Shown: positions 23,474 to 36,975 of the stretch, one piece after another | Layout: each line of letters starts with the position of its first letter | Numbering within the stretch: the first letter of the stretch is position 1 | Assembly (NCBI GenBank): GCA_964016885.1 | Contig: OZ024752.1 | Span: forward strand, 41,602,001 to 41,666,000 | Reading direction: 5' to 3' | DNA from: Eledone cirrhosa | Taxonomy: Eukaryota | DNA: 64,000 nucleotides | Notes under the pieces: generated by a model | The model's input: only the letters and a program-made list of their open reading frames with translations | Databases searched by the model: none | What the model was told of the DNA's origin: nothing | Position numbers and translations under genes: made by a program

Positions 23474-24038
23474 CCCTTTAGCATTTACATTACTCTATAT
23501 TTACTATTGTATTTTCACGGTAAAGGCTTTACCTCACATAATATTTCACATAGCATTTGCATTACTCTATACATACTATTGTATTTTCGTGGTAAAGGCT
23601 TTACCTCACATAATATCTCACATAGCATTTACATTACTCTATATATACTATTGTATTTTCACGGTAAAGGCTTTATCTCACATAATATTTCACATAGCAT
23701 TTACATTACTCTATACATACTATTGTATTTTCGTGGTAAATATTTTATCTCACATAATATCTCACATAATATTGAATCTATGAGATTTTGATATTTATTT
23801 TGAGAACAATACCTTAACCCTTTAGCATTTAAACCGGCCATATCCGGCCAGAATTCTATCACCTCTTTCTGTTCAAACTGGCCATAACTGGCCACTCATA
23901 CCAATTTTGAGGTATTGTTCTCAAAATAAATAACATCAAAATCTCATAGATTCTATATTATGTGAGATAATTATGTGAGATAAATCCTTTACCACAAAGA
24001 TACAATAGTATATATAGAATAATGTAAATACTAAAGGG
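23474..24038. mobile_element. Two oppositely oriented piggyBac-like MITE copies joined at an internal TTAA (23814-23817)
   Basis: TTAA|CCCTTTAGC at 23474 and 23818; AAAGGG|TTAA at 24038. Confidence 0.8.
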
Positions 24039-24397
24039 TTAAGAAGGAACAATTCACATCTGGTAAGAGGTTTCTTAAGTGCTTTAATGACAGCAACCCC
24101 CACTCCTCCGACCCCCAACACTCATGGTTGGTCCTATCATGAAAAGCAACATCAAATGAAGTGCCTTCTTCAAGAACACAAGTCACTAGGTTCAGGAACA
24201 AAATAAAACCTATGACCTTTTGATTGGGAGTACAACACCCTAACCATGAAGCCACAACAGCAGTTCTATGTAAAAGGAAACTGAATTCTGATTACTTCCA
24301 CCTATTCTACACTTTGTTTCACTAAAGGTCAGTACTAACACAGCAGGCCTATGATCAATGCTACCTTTTTTGTATATATATACATATAAGAGTGCTT

Positions 24398-24856
24398 TAT
24401 GCAATATATGCTTCTTTTAGTAGGGTGGGATTTGAATAAATTTGGTTGCTATTTCTGGCAATGTATGCTTCCTTTGGTAGGCTTGGATTTGAATAAATTT
24501 GGTTGCTATTTCTGGCAATGTATGCTTCCTTTAGTAGGGTGGGATTTGAATAAATTTGGTTGCTATTTCTGGCAATGTATGCTTCCTTTAGTAGGGTGGG
24601 ATTTGAATAAATTCGGTTGCTATTTCTGGCAATGTATGCTTCCTTTGGTAGGGTGGGATTTGAATAAATTTGGTTGCTATTTCTGGCAATGTATGCTTCT
24701 TTTGGTAGGGTGGGATTTGAATAAATTTGGTTGCTATTTCTGGCAATGTATGCTTCTTTTAGTAAGGTGGGATTTGAATAAATTTGGTTGCTATTTCTGG
24801 CAATGTATGCTTCTTTTAGTAGGGTGGGATTTGAATAAATTTGGTTACTATTTCTG
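24398..24856. repeat. 57-bp minisatellite (8 units)
   Basis: The 19-aa periodic ORFs reflect the 57-bp unit. Confidence 0.95.
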
Positions 24857-25147
24857 AAATCTTGAACAACTGTGTAGAGGTATCTAGTTAGTGCAAAACA
24901 TGTGTAGTTCACCATATGTCAAAATAGATGATGTTCATATTTTAGTTGATCAATATTGATTTACCAATATACTTACATGCATGTATATATGTGTGTGTAT
25001 GTAAATAGGTAGCCATATTGATATCACAAACGTATAAAGACAAACACACACACACACACACACATTGATATCCTGAGCATACATATATCTAAATATACTG
25101 ATACAAACATACATATATGCATGCACATACATATATATATATATATA

Positions 25148-25328
25148 TTAGGTCGTCAAGTATGAAATTTGTAGAAATTTGTTTTTTTTTTCTACAAATT
25201 TCATACCTGACAACCCTCTCTCTCTATATATGCATGTACATACATATATATTAGGTCGTCAAGTATGAAATTTGTAGAAATTTGTTTTTTTTTTTCTACA
25301 AATTTCCACTAATTTCATACCTGACGAC
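25148..25328. mobile_element. Two tandem ~70-80-bp mariner-like mini-MITEs
   Basis: ta-ttaggtcgtcaagtatgaaa ... tttcatacctgac(a/g)ac inverted ends, each element palindromic. Confidence 0.55.
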
Positions 25329-25392
25329 TCTCTCTCTCTATATATATATATACAATCATACATACATACATACACATATATATATATATATA

Positions 25393-25471
25393 CAGGGTGT
25401 CCCAAAAAAATGTATACATACATCAATAGCATTCTAATAAAAGTGTGTATACATTTTTTGTGGACACCCTG
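25393..25471. mobile_element. 79-bp Tc1/mariner-type MITE
   Basis: TA|CAGGGTGTCCcaaaaaaatgtataca ... tgtatacattttttgtGGACACCCTG|TA. Confidence 0.85.
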
Positions 25472-25617
25472 TATAAATTTATATATATTTGAAAAATCTC
25501 AATAAAGATTTACTGTAAAGATTTGAACTATAAAAGAATAGCAACCACCAGAAGTCATCCATCTTCTCTGTTCAAATATATCTTAGTGTACCAAGACATT
25601 TCTTTCATTTTCCTCTC

Positions 25618-26445
<828 letters not shown>

Positions 26446-26819
26446 AGCTATCACCAATAGTTTATATCACAGCAGACATCAACTGCTACTATAAATAGTT
26501 TGAGATAAAATGGAGGGAGATAGTTGTTCACTCAACTAGAAGGAAACAAAACAAAACAAAATCTATAATAAATACAAAACAACTGAAAGGTTTTCTCAAT
26601 GAACGATTCCATCGATTATGGGAAGAAATCTTCCACATAATGTCATTCAATTGATGTCCATCACAGACAGCATAAAATATAGCACAAATCTAGATAGAGG
26701 CCATTGAATAACATATATTCTACTTCTCTATATTTATCTATCTATGTAAAATCACCGGCATGTCTTTGTATTGTCCCCTTTTCTTGTTGCGCCCTTGTGG
26801 CTAATAAAGAAATCTATCT

Positions 26820-27532
26820 ATCTCACCCCCCTCTCTCTCACTCATTCACCCCACCCCCTCTCTCTCTCTCTCTCTCACTCATTCACCCCCCCCTCTCTTT
26901 CTCACCTTTATTCATTCACTCACTCTTTCTCTTTCTCTCTCATTTATTCACTCTCTCTCTCATTCACCCCCTCTCTCTCTCTCTCTCTCTCTCTCATTCA
27001 TTCACTCCCCCCTCTCTTTCTCTCCTTTATTCATTCACTCTCTCTCTCATTTATTCACTCTCTCTCTCTCTCTCTCTCACTCATTCACCCCTCTCTCTCT
27101 CTCTCTCTCTCATTCATTCATTCCTCCCTCTCTTTCTCTCCTTTATTCATTCACTCTCTCTCTTTCTCTCATTTATTCACTCTCTCTCACTCATTCACCC
27201 CCCCTCTCTCTCTCTCTCTCTCATTCATTCATTCCTCCCTCTCTCTCCTTTATTCATTCACTCTCTCTCTTTCTCTCATTTATTCACTCTCTCTCACTCA
27301 TTCACCCCCTCTCTCTCTCTCATTCATTCACTCCCCCTCTCTTTCTCTCCTTTATTCATTCACTCTCTCATTTATTCACTCTCTCTCTCTCACTCATTCA
27401 TTCACCTCCTCTCTCTCATTCATTCACTCCCCCTCTCTTTCTCTCATTTATTCACTCTCTCTCTCTCTCACTCATTCACCCTCTCTCTCATTTATTCAGT
27501 CACTCACCCCACCCTCTCTCTCTCTCTCCTTT
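26820..27532. repeat. CT/CATT-rich compound repeat
   Basis: Direct reading. Confidence 0.9.
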
Positions 27533-27597
27533 TCCATTCTTTTAATAAATCTTACAAATCTTAATACCAAAGTATGGTATGTGCGCATGTGTATATG

Positions 27598-27628
<31 letters not shown>

Positions 27629-27734
27629 GTATGTGTATGTGTGCATGTGTATACGTGTGTGTAAATATGTGTGTGTATGTGTGAATATATATATGTGTAT
27701 ATGTGTATATACGTATGTTTATACATGTGTGTGT

Positions 27735-28620
27735 TGGACCTCAGTTCAATTCTGACAATCTCTGATCCAGTTATTTGAACAATGGAACAGCCTGCTTGTG
27801 AAATTAATAGTACAAGTGGCAGAGCATTCCACAGACATGTGTACTCTTAATGTAATGCTCAGGGAGACTCAGCATGACACAGTGTGTGACTAGGCTGGAT
27901 CTTTGAATTATAGGTGCAACTAATTTTTTCAGCTGAGTGGACTGGAGTGCCTTGCTCAAGGACACAATGCCCCACCAAGAATCGAACTCACAACTTTAGG
28001 ATCATGGGCCGACCACTCTAACCATTAAACTATTGAATACCTTCCACTCCATTTTACTAAAGCTCCATACTAAACTACTACACTATGTCCAGAACCATTC
28101 AATAATTGTTTCTACTTTAGGCACAAGGCCAGCAAATACCCCCAGTGTATTACTGGTACTTTATTTTTATGATAATGACAATAATTGTTTCTACTTTAGG
28201 CACAAGGCCAGCAATTACCCCCAGTGTATTACTGGTACTTTATTTTTATGATAATGACAATAATTGTTTCTACTTTAGGCACAAGGCCAGCAATTACCCC
28301 AGTGCATTACTGGTACTTTATTTTATCGACCCCGTAAGGATGAAAGGCAAAGTCAACCTCGGCGGGATTTGAATTCAGATCGTAAAGGGACGTAACTATG
28401 GTGGAAATAATGGTTTCTTATATAGGCACAAGGCCAGCAATTTTGGGGGAGGGGGAAGTCGATTAAATCGACCCCAGTGCATTACTGGTACTTTATTTTA
28501 TCGACCCTGTAAGGATGAAAGGCAAAGTGAACCTCGGTGGGATTTGAACGTAAAGGGCCGTAACTCTATGCTGCAAAACATGGGTGTCAGACGCTCTACC
28601 AATTCTGCCAATCCTCCATT
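27735..28620 (-). mobile_element. Nested SINE cluster (older CORE SINE, Deu/Nin-like SINEs with triplicated tail)
   Basis: ccttgctcaaggacac CORE motif; SINE tail repeated at 28101, 28181 and 28260. Confidence 0.7.
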
Positions 28621-28679
28621 CAATAATATACAAAGAGTTGTAAGGATTCTTTAGTTGTGTCTAGGACATGACCATCACC

Positions 28680-29480
28680 TTAGTACTGGTGGCACGATAA
28701 TGTACACCCAGTACACTCTGTAAAGTGATAGCACTGGTACCATGATAATATACACCCAGTACACACTGTAAAGTGATGGTGTTGGTACCATGATAATATA
28801 CACCCAGTACACACTGTAAAGTGGTAGTACTGGTGCCACGATAATATACACCCAGTACACTCTGTAAAGTGATAGTGTTGGTACCACGATAATATACACC
28901 CAGTACACTCTGTAAAGTGATAGTGTTGGTACCACGATAATATACACCTAGTACACTCTGTAAAGTGGTATTGCAGGCGCCATGATAATATACACCCAGT
29001 ACACACTGTAAAGTGATAGTGTTGGTACCAAGATAATATACACCTAGTACACTCTGTAAAGTGATAGTGCTGGTACTATGATAATATACACCCAGTACAC
29101 TCTGTAAAGTGATAGTGCTGGTACCAAGATAATATACACCTAGTACACTCTGTAAAGTGATAGTGCTGGGATCATGATAAAGTGTACCCAGTACACTCTG
29201 TAAGGAGGTTGGTGTTAAACAAAAGGGTGAGAGAATTCTACAGCCACATCAAGGATATGACAAGCTTCTTATTGCTGGTGTCACAATAAAATGTACCCAA
29301 TACATTCTGTAAAATAGTTGCAGATAGGAATGGCACCCTGCCATAGAAGCTAAAACTGGAATGTATGTAAGTGAACTGTTTCACATTGCTATCAATCTAT
29401 GAGGACAGAAACTTTGACTAACTGCCGACTGGGTCTGTAACAATTCATCCAACCCATGCCAGCATGGTAAAATAGACATT
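28680..29480 (+). repeat. 48-bp minisatellite derived from an RTE/SINE 3' tail, followed by decayed tail remnants
   Basis: Unit cccagtacactctgtaaagtgatagtgttggtaccacgataatataca; later ggttggtgtt and aacccatgccagcatgg. Confidence 0.8.
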
Positions 29481-29485
29481 GACAA

Positions 29486-30315
29486 CCCTTTACCATTTAC
29501 ATTACTCTATATATACTATTGTATTTTTGCAGTAAAGGCTTTATCTTACATAATTATCTCACATAATATTAGATCTATGAAATTTTGATATTATTTATTT
29601 TGATTTGAGAACAATACCTTAACATCAGTATGAGCAGCCGGTTATGGCTGGTTTGAACAGAAAGAGGTGAGAGAATTCTGGCCAGATACAACCAGTTTGA
29701 ACAGAAAGAGGTGAGAGAATTCTGGCAGATACAGCCAGTTTGAACAGAAAGAGGTGAGAGAATCCTGGCAGATACAACCAGTTTGAACAGAAAGAGGTGA
29801 GAGAATCCTGGCTAGATACAGCCGGTTTGAACAGAAAGAGGTGAGAGAATCCTGGCCAGATACAGCCGGTTTGAACAGAAAGAGGTAAGAGAATCCTGGC
29901 CAGATACAACCAGTTTGAACAGAAAGAGGTGAGAGAATCCTGGCCAGATACAGCCAGTTTGAACAGAAAGAGGTAAGAGAATCCTGGCCAGATACAACCA
30001 GTTTGAACAGAAAGAGATGAGAGAATCCTGGCCAGATACAACCAGTTTGAACAGAAAGAGATGAGAGAATCCTGGTCAGATACAACCAGTTTGAACAGAA
30101 AGAGATGAGAGAATCCTGGTCAGATACAGCCGGTTTGAACAGAAAGAGATGAGAGAATCCTGGTCAGATACAACCAGTTTGAACAGAAAGAGGTAAGAGA
30201 ATCCTGGCCAGATACAACCAGTTTGAACAGAAAGAGGTAAGAGAATCCTGGCCAGATACAACCAGTTTGAACAGAAAGAGATGAGAGAATCCTGGTCAGA
30301 TACAGCCGGTTTAAA
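29486..30315 (-). mobile_element. piggyBac-like MITE with ~41-bp internal tandem expansion (~16 units)
   Basis: Starts ccctttaccatttacatt; unit gtttgaacagaaagaggtgagagaatcctggccagatacaacca. Confidence 0.85.
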
Positions 30316-30646
30316 TGATGATATGATGATGGTGACGATGATGATGGTGACGATGATGATGATGATGGCAAGATATCCCATACCTCTCCCTTCTCTCACC
30401 ATTTCACTAAACCTCAATGCCACACACAGAACCATTACCATTCTTATTTATAAATAAAATACCATTGAAGATTATTCTAAGATTTAGCAGACATATAAGC
30501 AATCCTTCCACATGACAACATAATCTAGATGTCACTGAACCAATCCCAGTACACTTGAATATATTTACATATATTTACATATATTTTCTCTCCATAACAC
30601 AGCTTGGCTGGATACCACTATTCAATGGATGCTTTTATTAATTCAG

Positions 30647-30681
<35 letters not shown>

Positions 30682-30685
<4 letters not shown>

Positions 30686-31085
30686 GGCTTCAGTCATTTG
30701 ACTGTGGCCATGCTGGGGCATCCCTTTCAACAGAGTTGTAGTTGATCATTTCAATTTCAGGACTTATTTTTGTTTTTTGTTGTTTTGTTTTCAAATCTGA
30801 TACTTATTTCATCAATTTCTGTTTGTTGAACCACTAAGTTACAATACATATACAAACAATAAATGTAAACACACACACGCACACACACACACACACGCAC
30901 ACACACACACAACAGGCTATGTCACATCTTCTGTTTACCAAATTTCCTTAACACGACACAGATCAGCCTGAAGCTACGGGCAGACACTTGCCAAAAGTGT
31001 CACATGGTAGGAGTGAAACCCAGAACCATTAAACCATGTGGCGGTTACAAAATGAACTCCTTAACCACACACCCATGCTTGCACC
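30682..31085 (-). mobile_element. Decayed tRNA SINE with internal (CA)n and ccccagcatggccacagtcaaatgactgaa tail
   Basis: Head at ~31085 and A-rich tail at 30682. Tail fragments also at 42783-42830, 45720-45775 and 46918-46980. Confidence 0.65.
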
Positions 31086-31164
31086 TCTAGTGTGTGTGTG
31101 TGGATGATGATGATGATGAAGCACTTACTATATTACCTGGTTAACAGGGTGTAATTTTGTACGA

Positions 31165-32585
31165 AAAAACGCCCCGTAAACACTGTAAAGTGATCATGTA
31201 GGTGTCACGACAAAATGCACCCAGTCCACACTGTAAAGTGGTCATGTAGGTGTCACGACAAAAAGCACCCAGTCCACACTGTAAAGTGATCATGTAGGTG
31301 TCACGACAAAAAGCACCCAGTCCACACTGTAAAGTGATCATGTAGGAGACACGACAAAAAGCACCCAGTCCACACTGTAAAGTGATCATGTAGGTGTCAC
31401 GACAAAAAGCACCCAGTCCACACTGTAAAGTGATCATGTAGGAGACACGACAAAAAGCACCCAGTCCACACTGTAAAGTGATCATGTAGGTGTCACGACA
31501 AAAAGCACTCAGTCCACACTGTAAAGTGATCATGTAGGAGACACGACAAAAAGCACCCAGTCCACACTGTAAAGTGATCATGTAGGTGTCACGACAAAAA
31601 GCACTCAGTCCACACTGTAAAGTGATCATGTAGGTGTCACGACAAAAAGCACCCAGTACACACTGTAAACTGCCCATGTAGGTGTCACGACAAAAAGCAC
31701 CCCGTACACACTGTAAAGTGGTCATGTAGGTGTCACGACAAAAAGCACCCAGTGCACACTGTAAAGTGATCATGTAGGTGTCACAACAAAAAGCACCCAG
31801 TCCACACTGTAAAGTGATCATGTAGGTGTCACGACAAAAAGCACCCAGTACACACTGTAAAATGGTCATGTAGGAGACATGGCAAACAGCACCCAACACA
31901 CACTGTAAACGTGGTCATGTAGGTGACACGGAAAACAACACCCAACACACACTGTAAACGTGATCGTGTAGGAGACACAGCAAAAGCACCCAGCCCACAC
32001 TGTAAACGTGGTCGTGTAGGAGACACAGCAAAAGCACCCAGCACACACTGTAAACGTGGTCATGTAGGAGACATGACAAAAGCACCCAGCCCACACTGTA
32101 AACGTGGTCATGTAGGAGACACAGCAAAAGCACCCCGTACACACTGTAAAATGGTCATGTAGGAGATACGACAAAAAGCACCCAACACACTGTAAACGTG
32201 GTCGTGTAGGAGACACAGCAAAAGCACCCAGCACACACTGTAAACGTGGTCATGTAGGTGTCACGACAAAAAGCACCCCGTACACACTGTAAAATGGTCA
32301 TGTAGGAGACATGACAAAAGCACCCAGCCCACACTGTAAACGTGGTCGTGTAGGAGACACAGCAAAAGCACCCAGCACACACTGTAAACGTGGTCGTGTA
32401 GGAGACATGGCAAACACACACTGTAAATGTAGTTGTCATTACTAAGGGTATGAAGCTGTTAGAAATCTAGCCAGAAACAGTCGTATATGAGCAAGACATG
32501 GTCACCCGACACAACTTGCCTCTAATAGGACAAAACCATCTAACCCATGCTAGTGTGGAAAATGGATATTAAATGATGATGATGA
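31165..32585 (+). repeat. 48-bp minisatellite expanded from an RTE 3' UTR segment, ending in the RTE tail
   Basis: Unit tgtaggtgtcacgacaaaaagcacccagtccacactgtaaagtgatca matches 4159-4250. Ends taacccatgctagtgtgg...(gat)n. Confidence 0.9.
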
Positions 32586-32767
32586 TTATTTTAGCTGATC
32601 AACAAAGTGTAACATTATTATCTTACCTGATCAACAAGGTGTAATTTTGTAACATATGCCCTTTCTGTCTTGAGTAATTCCTCAACAATTTTATACCTGA
32701 TATTTTTTTGTTTCTCAGATTCCTAGAAAAGATGAAAAGAAAAATTAGATAAATATAAATAAATATA

Positions 32768-32922
32768 AAACATGGGAGGGGGTGGTGAGAGCAGACCTCA
32801 GATCGCTGAAGGTCACGGAGGAGATGACAAAGGACCGTAACGAATGGAGAGATGCCGTGCTTAATAAGACCCGTCCCACCCTTGCAAGTAGGGAAAAGCA
32901 GACGTATGATGATGATGATGAT
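32768..32922 (+). mobile_element. 3' fragment of second RTE family
   Basis: Matches 56410-56570. Confidence 0.85.
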
Positions 32923-32939
32923 AAAGTAGCAGCATTATA

Positions 32940-33286
32940 CAGGTAAAATTCCATTATAACGAATTTTTCAGTATAACAAATTTTTTTTTCAATCCCTGAG
33001 GTAATAACAAGCAAACACTTGAGTTGTTTCAGTCAATCTCATTATAACGAATTTTTCAGTATAACAAATTTTTTTCAATCCCTGAGGTAATAACAAGCAA
33101 ACACTTGAGTTGTTTCAGTCAATCTCATTATAACGAATTTTTCAGTATAACAAATTTTTTTAAAATCCCTGAGGTAATAACAAGCAAACACTTGAGTTGT
33201 TTCAGTCGATCTCGTTATAAAGAATTTTTCATTACAACAAATTTTTTTTTATACTCCGTGAATTTAATTATAACGGAATTTCATTG
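32940..33286. mobile_element. Tigger/pogo-like MITE with ~85-bp internal triplication
   Basis: ta-caggtaaaattccattataa ... ttataacggaatttcattg inverted ends. Confidence 0.6.
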
Positions 33287-33695
33287 TTTTTCAGAAATGG
33301 TTGGTAAATTGGTAGAATTGTTAGAGAATTGGTTAAAATGCCGGTTCAGAGTTGAAATTTCTCCTGGGTTAACTATAATTGTTTCTACTTTAGGCACAAG
33401 GCCAGCAATTACCCAGTAAATTACTGGTACTTATGTTATCGACCCCGTAAGGATGAAATAAAGTAGAAACTATAATAAAAGACACTTGACAAAGGTGCCA
33501 GATAATGGGACTGAACTCAGAACCAACTAGTTGCAATTCAAACTCCTTAACCACTTAGTCGTGCCTGCACATGTATATAGATATGTATGTATATAACATA
33601 TTTGTATACAGTATATATACATGCATGCTATATTAGAAAACCATGAGTTATATAAAAGACCTCAGTGTTTTAGAATGGTAAACAGTACAACTGAA

Positions 33696-33781
33696 ATCCA
33701 TGTATACCATTATTATAAGTATGTATAACATGTATGTGTATATATACACATACATGTTATACATATAAGTATGTATAACAT

Positions 33782-33814
<33 letters not shown>

Positions 33815-34075
33815 CATACATGTTATACATATGTATAACATGTATATATATATATACACATACATGTTATACATACTTATATGTATAACATGTATGTGTA
33901 TATATATATATATACACATACATGTTATACATATAAGTATGTATAACATGTATGTATATATATATATATACACACATACATGTTATACATATAAGTATGT
34001 ATAACATGTATGTATATATATATATATATATACACATAAATGTTATACATACTTTTAATAATGGTATACATGGAT
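33696..34075. repeat. Fold-back array of palindromic tgtataacatgtatg(ta)ncatacatgttataca units with inverted outer ends
   Basis: atccatgtataccattatta at 33696 vs taataatggtatacatggat ending at 34075. Confidence 0.75.
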
Positions 34076-34147
34076 ATATATTATGAAATACTCTTGGCTT
34101 CTTGCTCACATTAATTTCTATATTTTCATTTATATATATATATATTC

Positions 34148-34181
<34 letters not shown>

Positions 34182-34339
34182 GAATAATCGAGTATCGAAA
34201 AATCGGCGCACGAGTTCACGATAAACAAAATTCGAGATGAGCGGCAGAGAGCTCCATAATTCAGATAAATCAGAGCTATAACTATCGTTAAAATACCGTC
34301 ACACGTAGAATATGTCTACAATCAAACAAATAATAGTTA

Positions 34340-35016
34340 AATGCAGTCCACTTAGGTGAAGTCCAGTTATGGTATTCCAGGTAGTGGATGATATTAACGC
34401 TTGGCTTGGTTTGACTCAACAAGGCGTTTTCGTAGTGATGCTGCGGGTACGCCGTAATTCCTATGTTGTAAACACTTGGAGTAATAATAAATCAGGAAAG
34501 AAGGTGTACATGGTTTGCTATACAAAAAAGTTTTTAATCACATAGCTTACATTTGTTTCACTGAACTGGTATGTCTAGAGATCGCTATCCGCTTAATTTT
34601 GCGTTACTCGATCGCCAATACAGAATTATAACCAGTCAGATCTTTGGAGCATGCGAGAATGAAGAAAATACACAGGCAAGAAAAGAAAAGAAAATACATG
34701 ATACTATATGAAGTAGTAATGGCATTCAATTAGAACAATAACAACAATTACAACAATGCTATCAATAAATTATTTAAGGAGACCCTGACATTACTTAGGT
34801 GGGGGGTATATAATGTATCTAATGTTACGGCGTGTAAAACTAGCTGTCATAAGGCAAAAAGTATCGTAGTGTATATCAATTTTAAATTATAAAGATAAGC
34901 TAGTTTTTACAGTCTTTCTCTTCATCTTGAACAGTATACATGAGTGGGACCACTGTCAAAGCTCAATAGTTGTAGAGTTAATACAGAGGTTAACGAATTA
35001 ATATACGCATATATTT

Positions 35017-35089
<73 letters not shown>

Positions 35090-35775
35090 CACATATATAC
35101 ACATGCATGTGTACATAGAAACATACATACACATCAATATACACTCGTACAAAAATATACATACATGCAAAGAGAAAAGCGTGCTAATTGTAATTATGGC
35201 AAAAAGAAGGTAAAGTAACATTGTAGTAGTAAAATGAGAAAAACTAGGATCTAGGATCAAATGATGGCAGCAGCTGAGAAGGAGTAAGATTGTTGGTAGA
35301 TGAAGTATTTACAGACAATTGTGTGGTATAGACTTGTGAAGGATATAGTATACTTAATGAATATATTTCTGTGGGTAGTAGGTATCCTAATTTAAAGCTA
35401 TGTTATGTTGGTTCGATTCACGGAGGTTTGAATCTTATGAATTTAGTGGCTATTCTATGTCTGCAGAAGATAGATCTTTCTAACTTATTGTTAAGTAGCC
35501 TTTTAACATTTCTAAGGATATACAATAGCTCAAGATCACACAGCCCGCAATAGGACATCCCTGTACTATAGGTTTTAGCAGCCGACAACTTCGACCAGTT
35601 GATACTATAGCTAGCGTTGCTGTCCTTCAATTCCCATATTTTTCTGGCGAGGGTGGTGGAACCCATAAGTGCTCGGTTTTTCATTGAGTGCCTGTGCACA
35701 TACCATCTTTTCTTAAAAGAACCCGCGGTGGATCCTATGTAATTCCAGGTGGAGTTACCCGAGATGACAGTGTGA
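34340..35775 (-). mobile_element. 5'-truncated Penelope-like element (GIY-YIG C-terminus + 3' region)
   Basis: Minus-strand frame ...NYIGSTAGSFKKRWYVHRHSMKN...TTLARKIWELK...INWSKL...CGLCDLE...LLN..LERSIFCRH, a Penelope (Neptune-like) endonuclease pattern. Confidence 0.8.
35418..35775 (-). pseudogene. Partial GIY-YIG endonuclease of Penelope-like retroelement
   Basis: YIG motif with downstream R, conserved E and N, CxxC and CRH. Confidence 0.8.
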
Positions 35776-36058
35776 ATGAAAGAGTTGTAGTCCTGTAGAA
35801 ACCACTGCTGTATATGTATATGTGTGTATATATATATAAAACTAAGGGGGGGGGGGGTAAGATATCAGGTGGACCATAACGCACCAGAGTACTCAAGACG
35901 TTTCTACAGCTGTTGATCTAGCTGTCGAAACGACCGGAGCTCACCTGTCGGGGTGGAATTGGAAACAAATTTCTTTAGATAAAAATAACAGGTCCTTTCA
36001 AGTTGACATCTTGACCTGTTTATGGTATGCCCATTCTTCAAAACATATACACACATAC

Positions 36059-36091
<33 letters not shown>

Positions 36092-36134
36092 TGTATGTAT
36101 GTATTATGTATGTATGTATGTATGTAGTCATATG

Positions 36135-36420
36135 AAAGGATAACCACCTGCAACATCACTCAACAAAGACCTGGCGAAACAACGTGTGTGATATGCAACA
36201 AAATGTGTAGAACTAATTCCGGACTAAAAAAAAACACATGGTTGTACATAAAGATAGTGTCCCACAGGGTGACCCCCACTGATCCGTCACCTGTGTCGTA
36301 AACCATGCAGATCTACAGATGGCCTACAAAAGTCATCTACAAAGACATGGACGCGGATAGGAAGACATGAAGAATCAACAAGAGTCAGCAATCATCTGTG
36401 AAGTTACTGCAATTCTCATA
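36135..36420 (+). mobile_element. LINE (RTE-like) 3' end encoding two frameshifted C2H2 fingers
   Basis: CVICNKMCRTNSGLKK/HMVVH, then C...CRSTDGL/KSHLQRHGRG*, short UTR, (TA) tail. Confidence 0.6.
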
Positions 36421-36783
36421 TATATATAAATATATGTGTGTATATATATATATATTAAAGGAACGATCGACTTTCGTCAAATCGGACCGAGGGAACAATG
36501 TTTCCGTTGGTCTTTCCAATTGCTAATACTATCTATCGGTCGCAACTCCAGGTAGAAGGAGCAACGTGAAATAAAGTGTCTTGCTCAAGGACATAACGCA
36601 TCGCCTGGTCCAGGAATCGAACTCACAACCTTACGATTGCGAATTCAATTCTCTAACCACTCAGCCACACGCCTTCACTATATATGTATATAACATAAAC
36701 TATAATAAAGTAAGGAGTGCGGGACTGTGTCCAGAATATATTATTTTATCCCATTAGTAAAATAAGTTAGATTACTTTGAATA

Positions 36784-36975
36784 AATAATTGTTTCTACTT
36801 TTTGGCACAAGGCCAGCAATTACCCAGTGCATTACTGGTACTTTATTTTATCGACCCCGTAAGGATGAAAGGCCAAGTCAACCTCGGCGGGATTTGAACT
36901 CAGATCGTAAAGGGACGTAACTATGCTGGAAAGCATGGCGTCCGACCCTCTACTGATACTGCCAATCCACCGCCC
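36784..36975 (-). mobile_element. Deu/Nin-like SINE with TSD tttgaataaataat
   Basis: TSD at 36776-36789 and 36976-36989. Confidence 0.9.

Noticed and set aside
24397-24915. 19-aa repeat protein ORFs
   Set aside because: By-product of a 57-bp minisatellite open on both strands
31141-31899. Cys-rich repeat ORF
   Set aside because: Antisense reading of a 48-bp satellite derived from an RTE UTR
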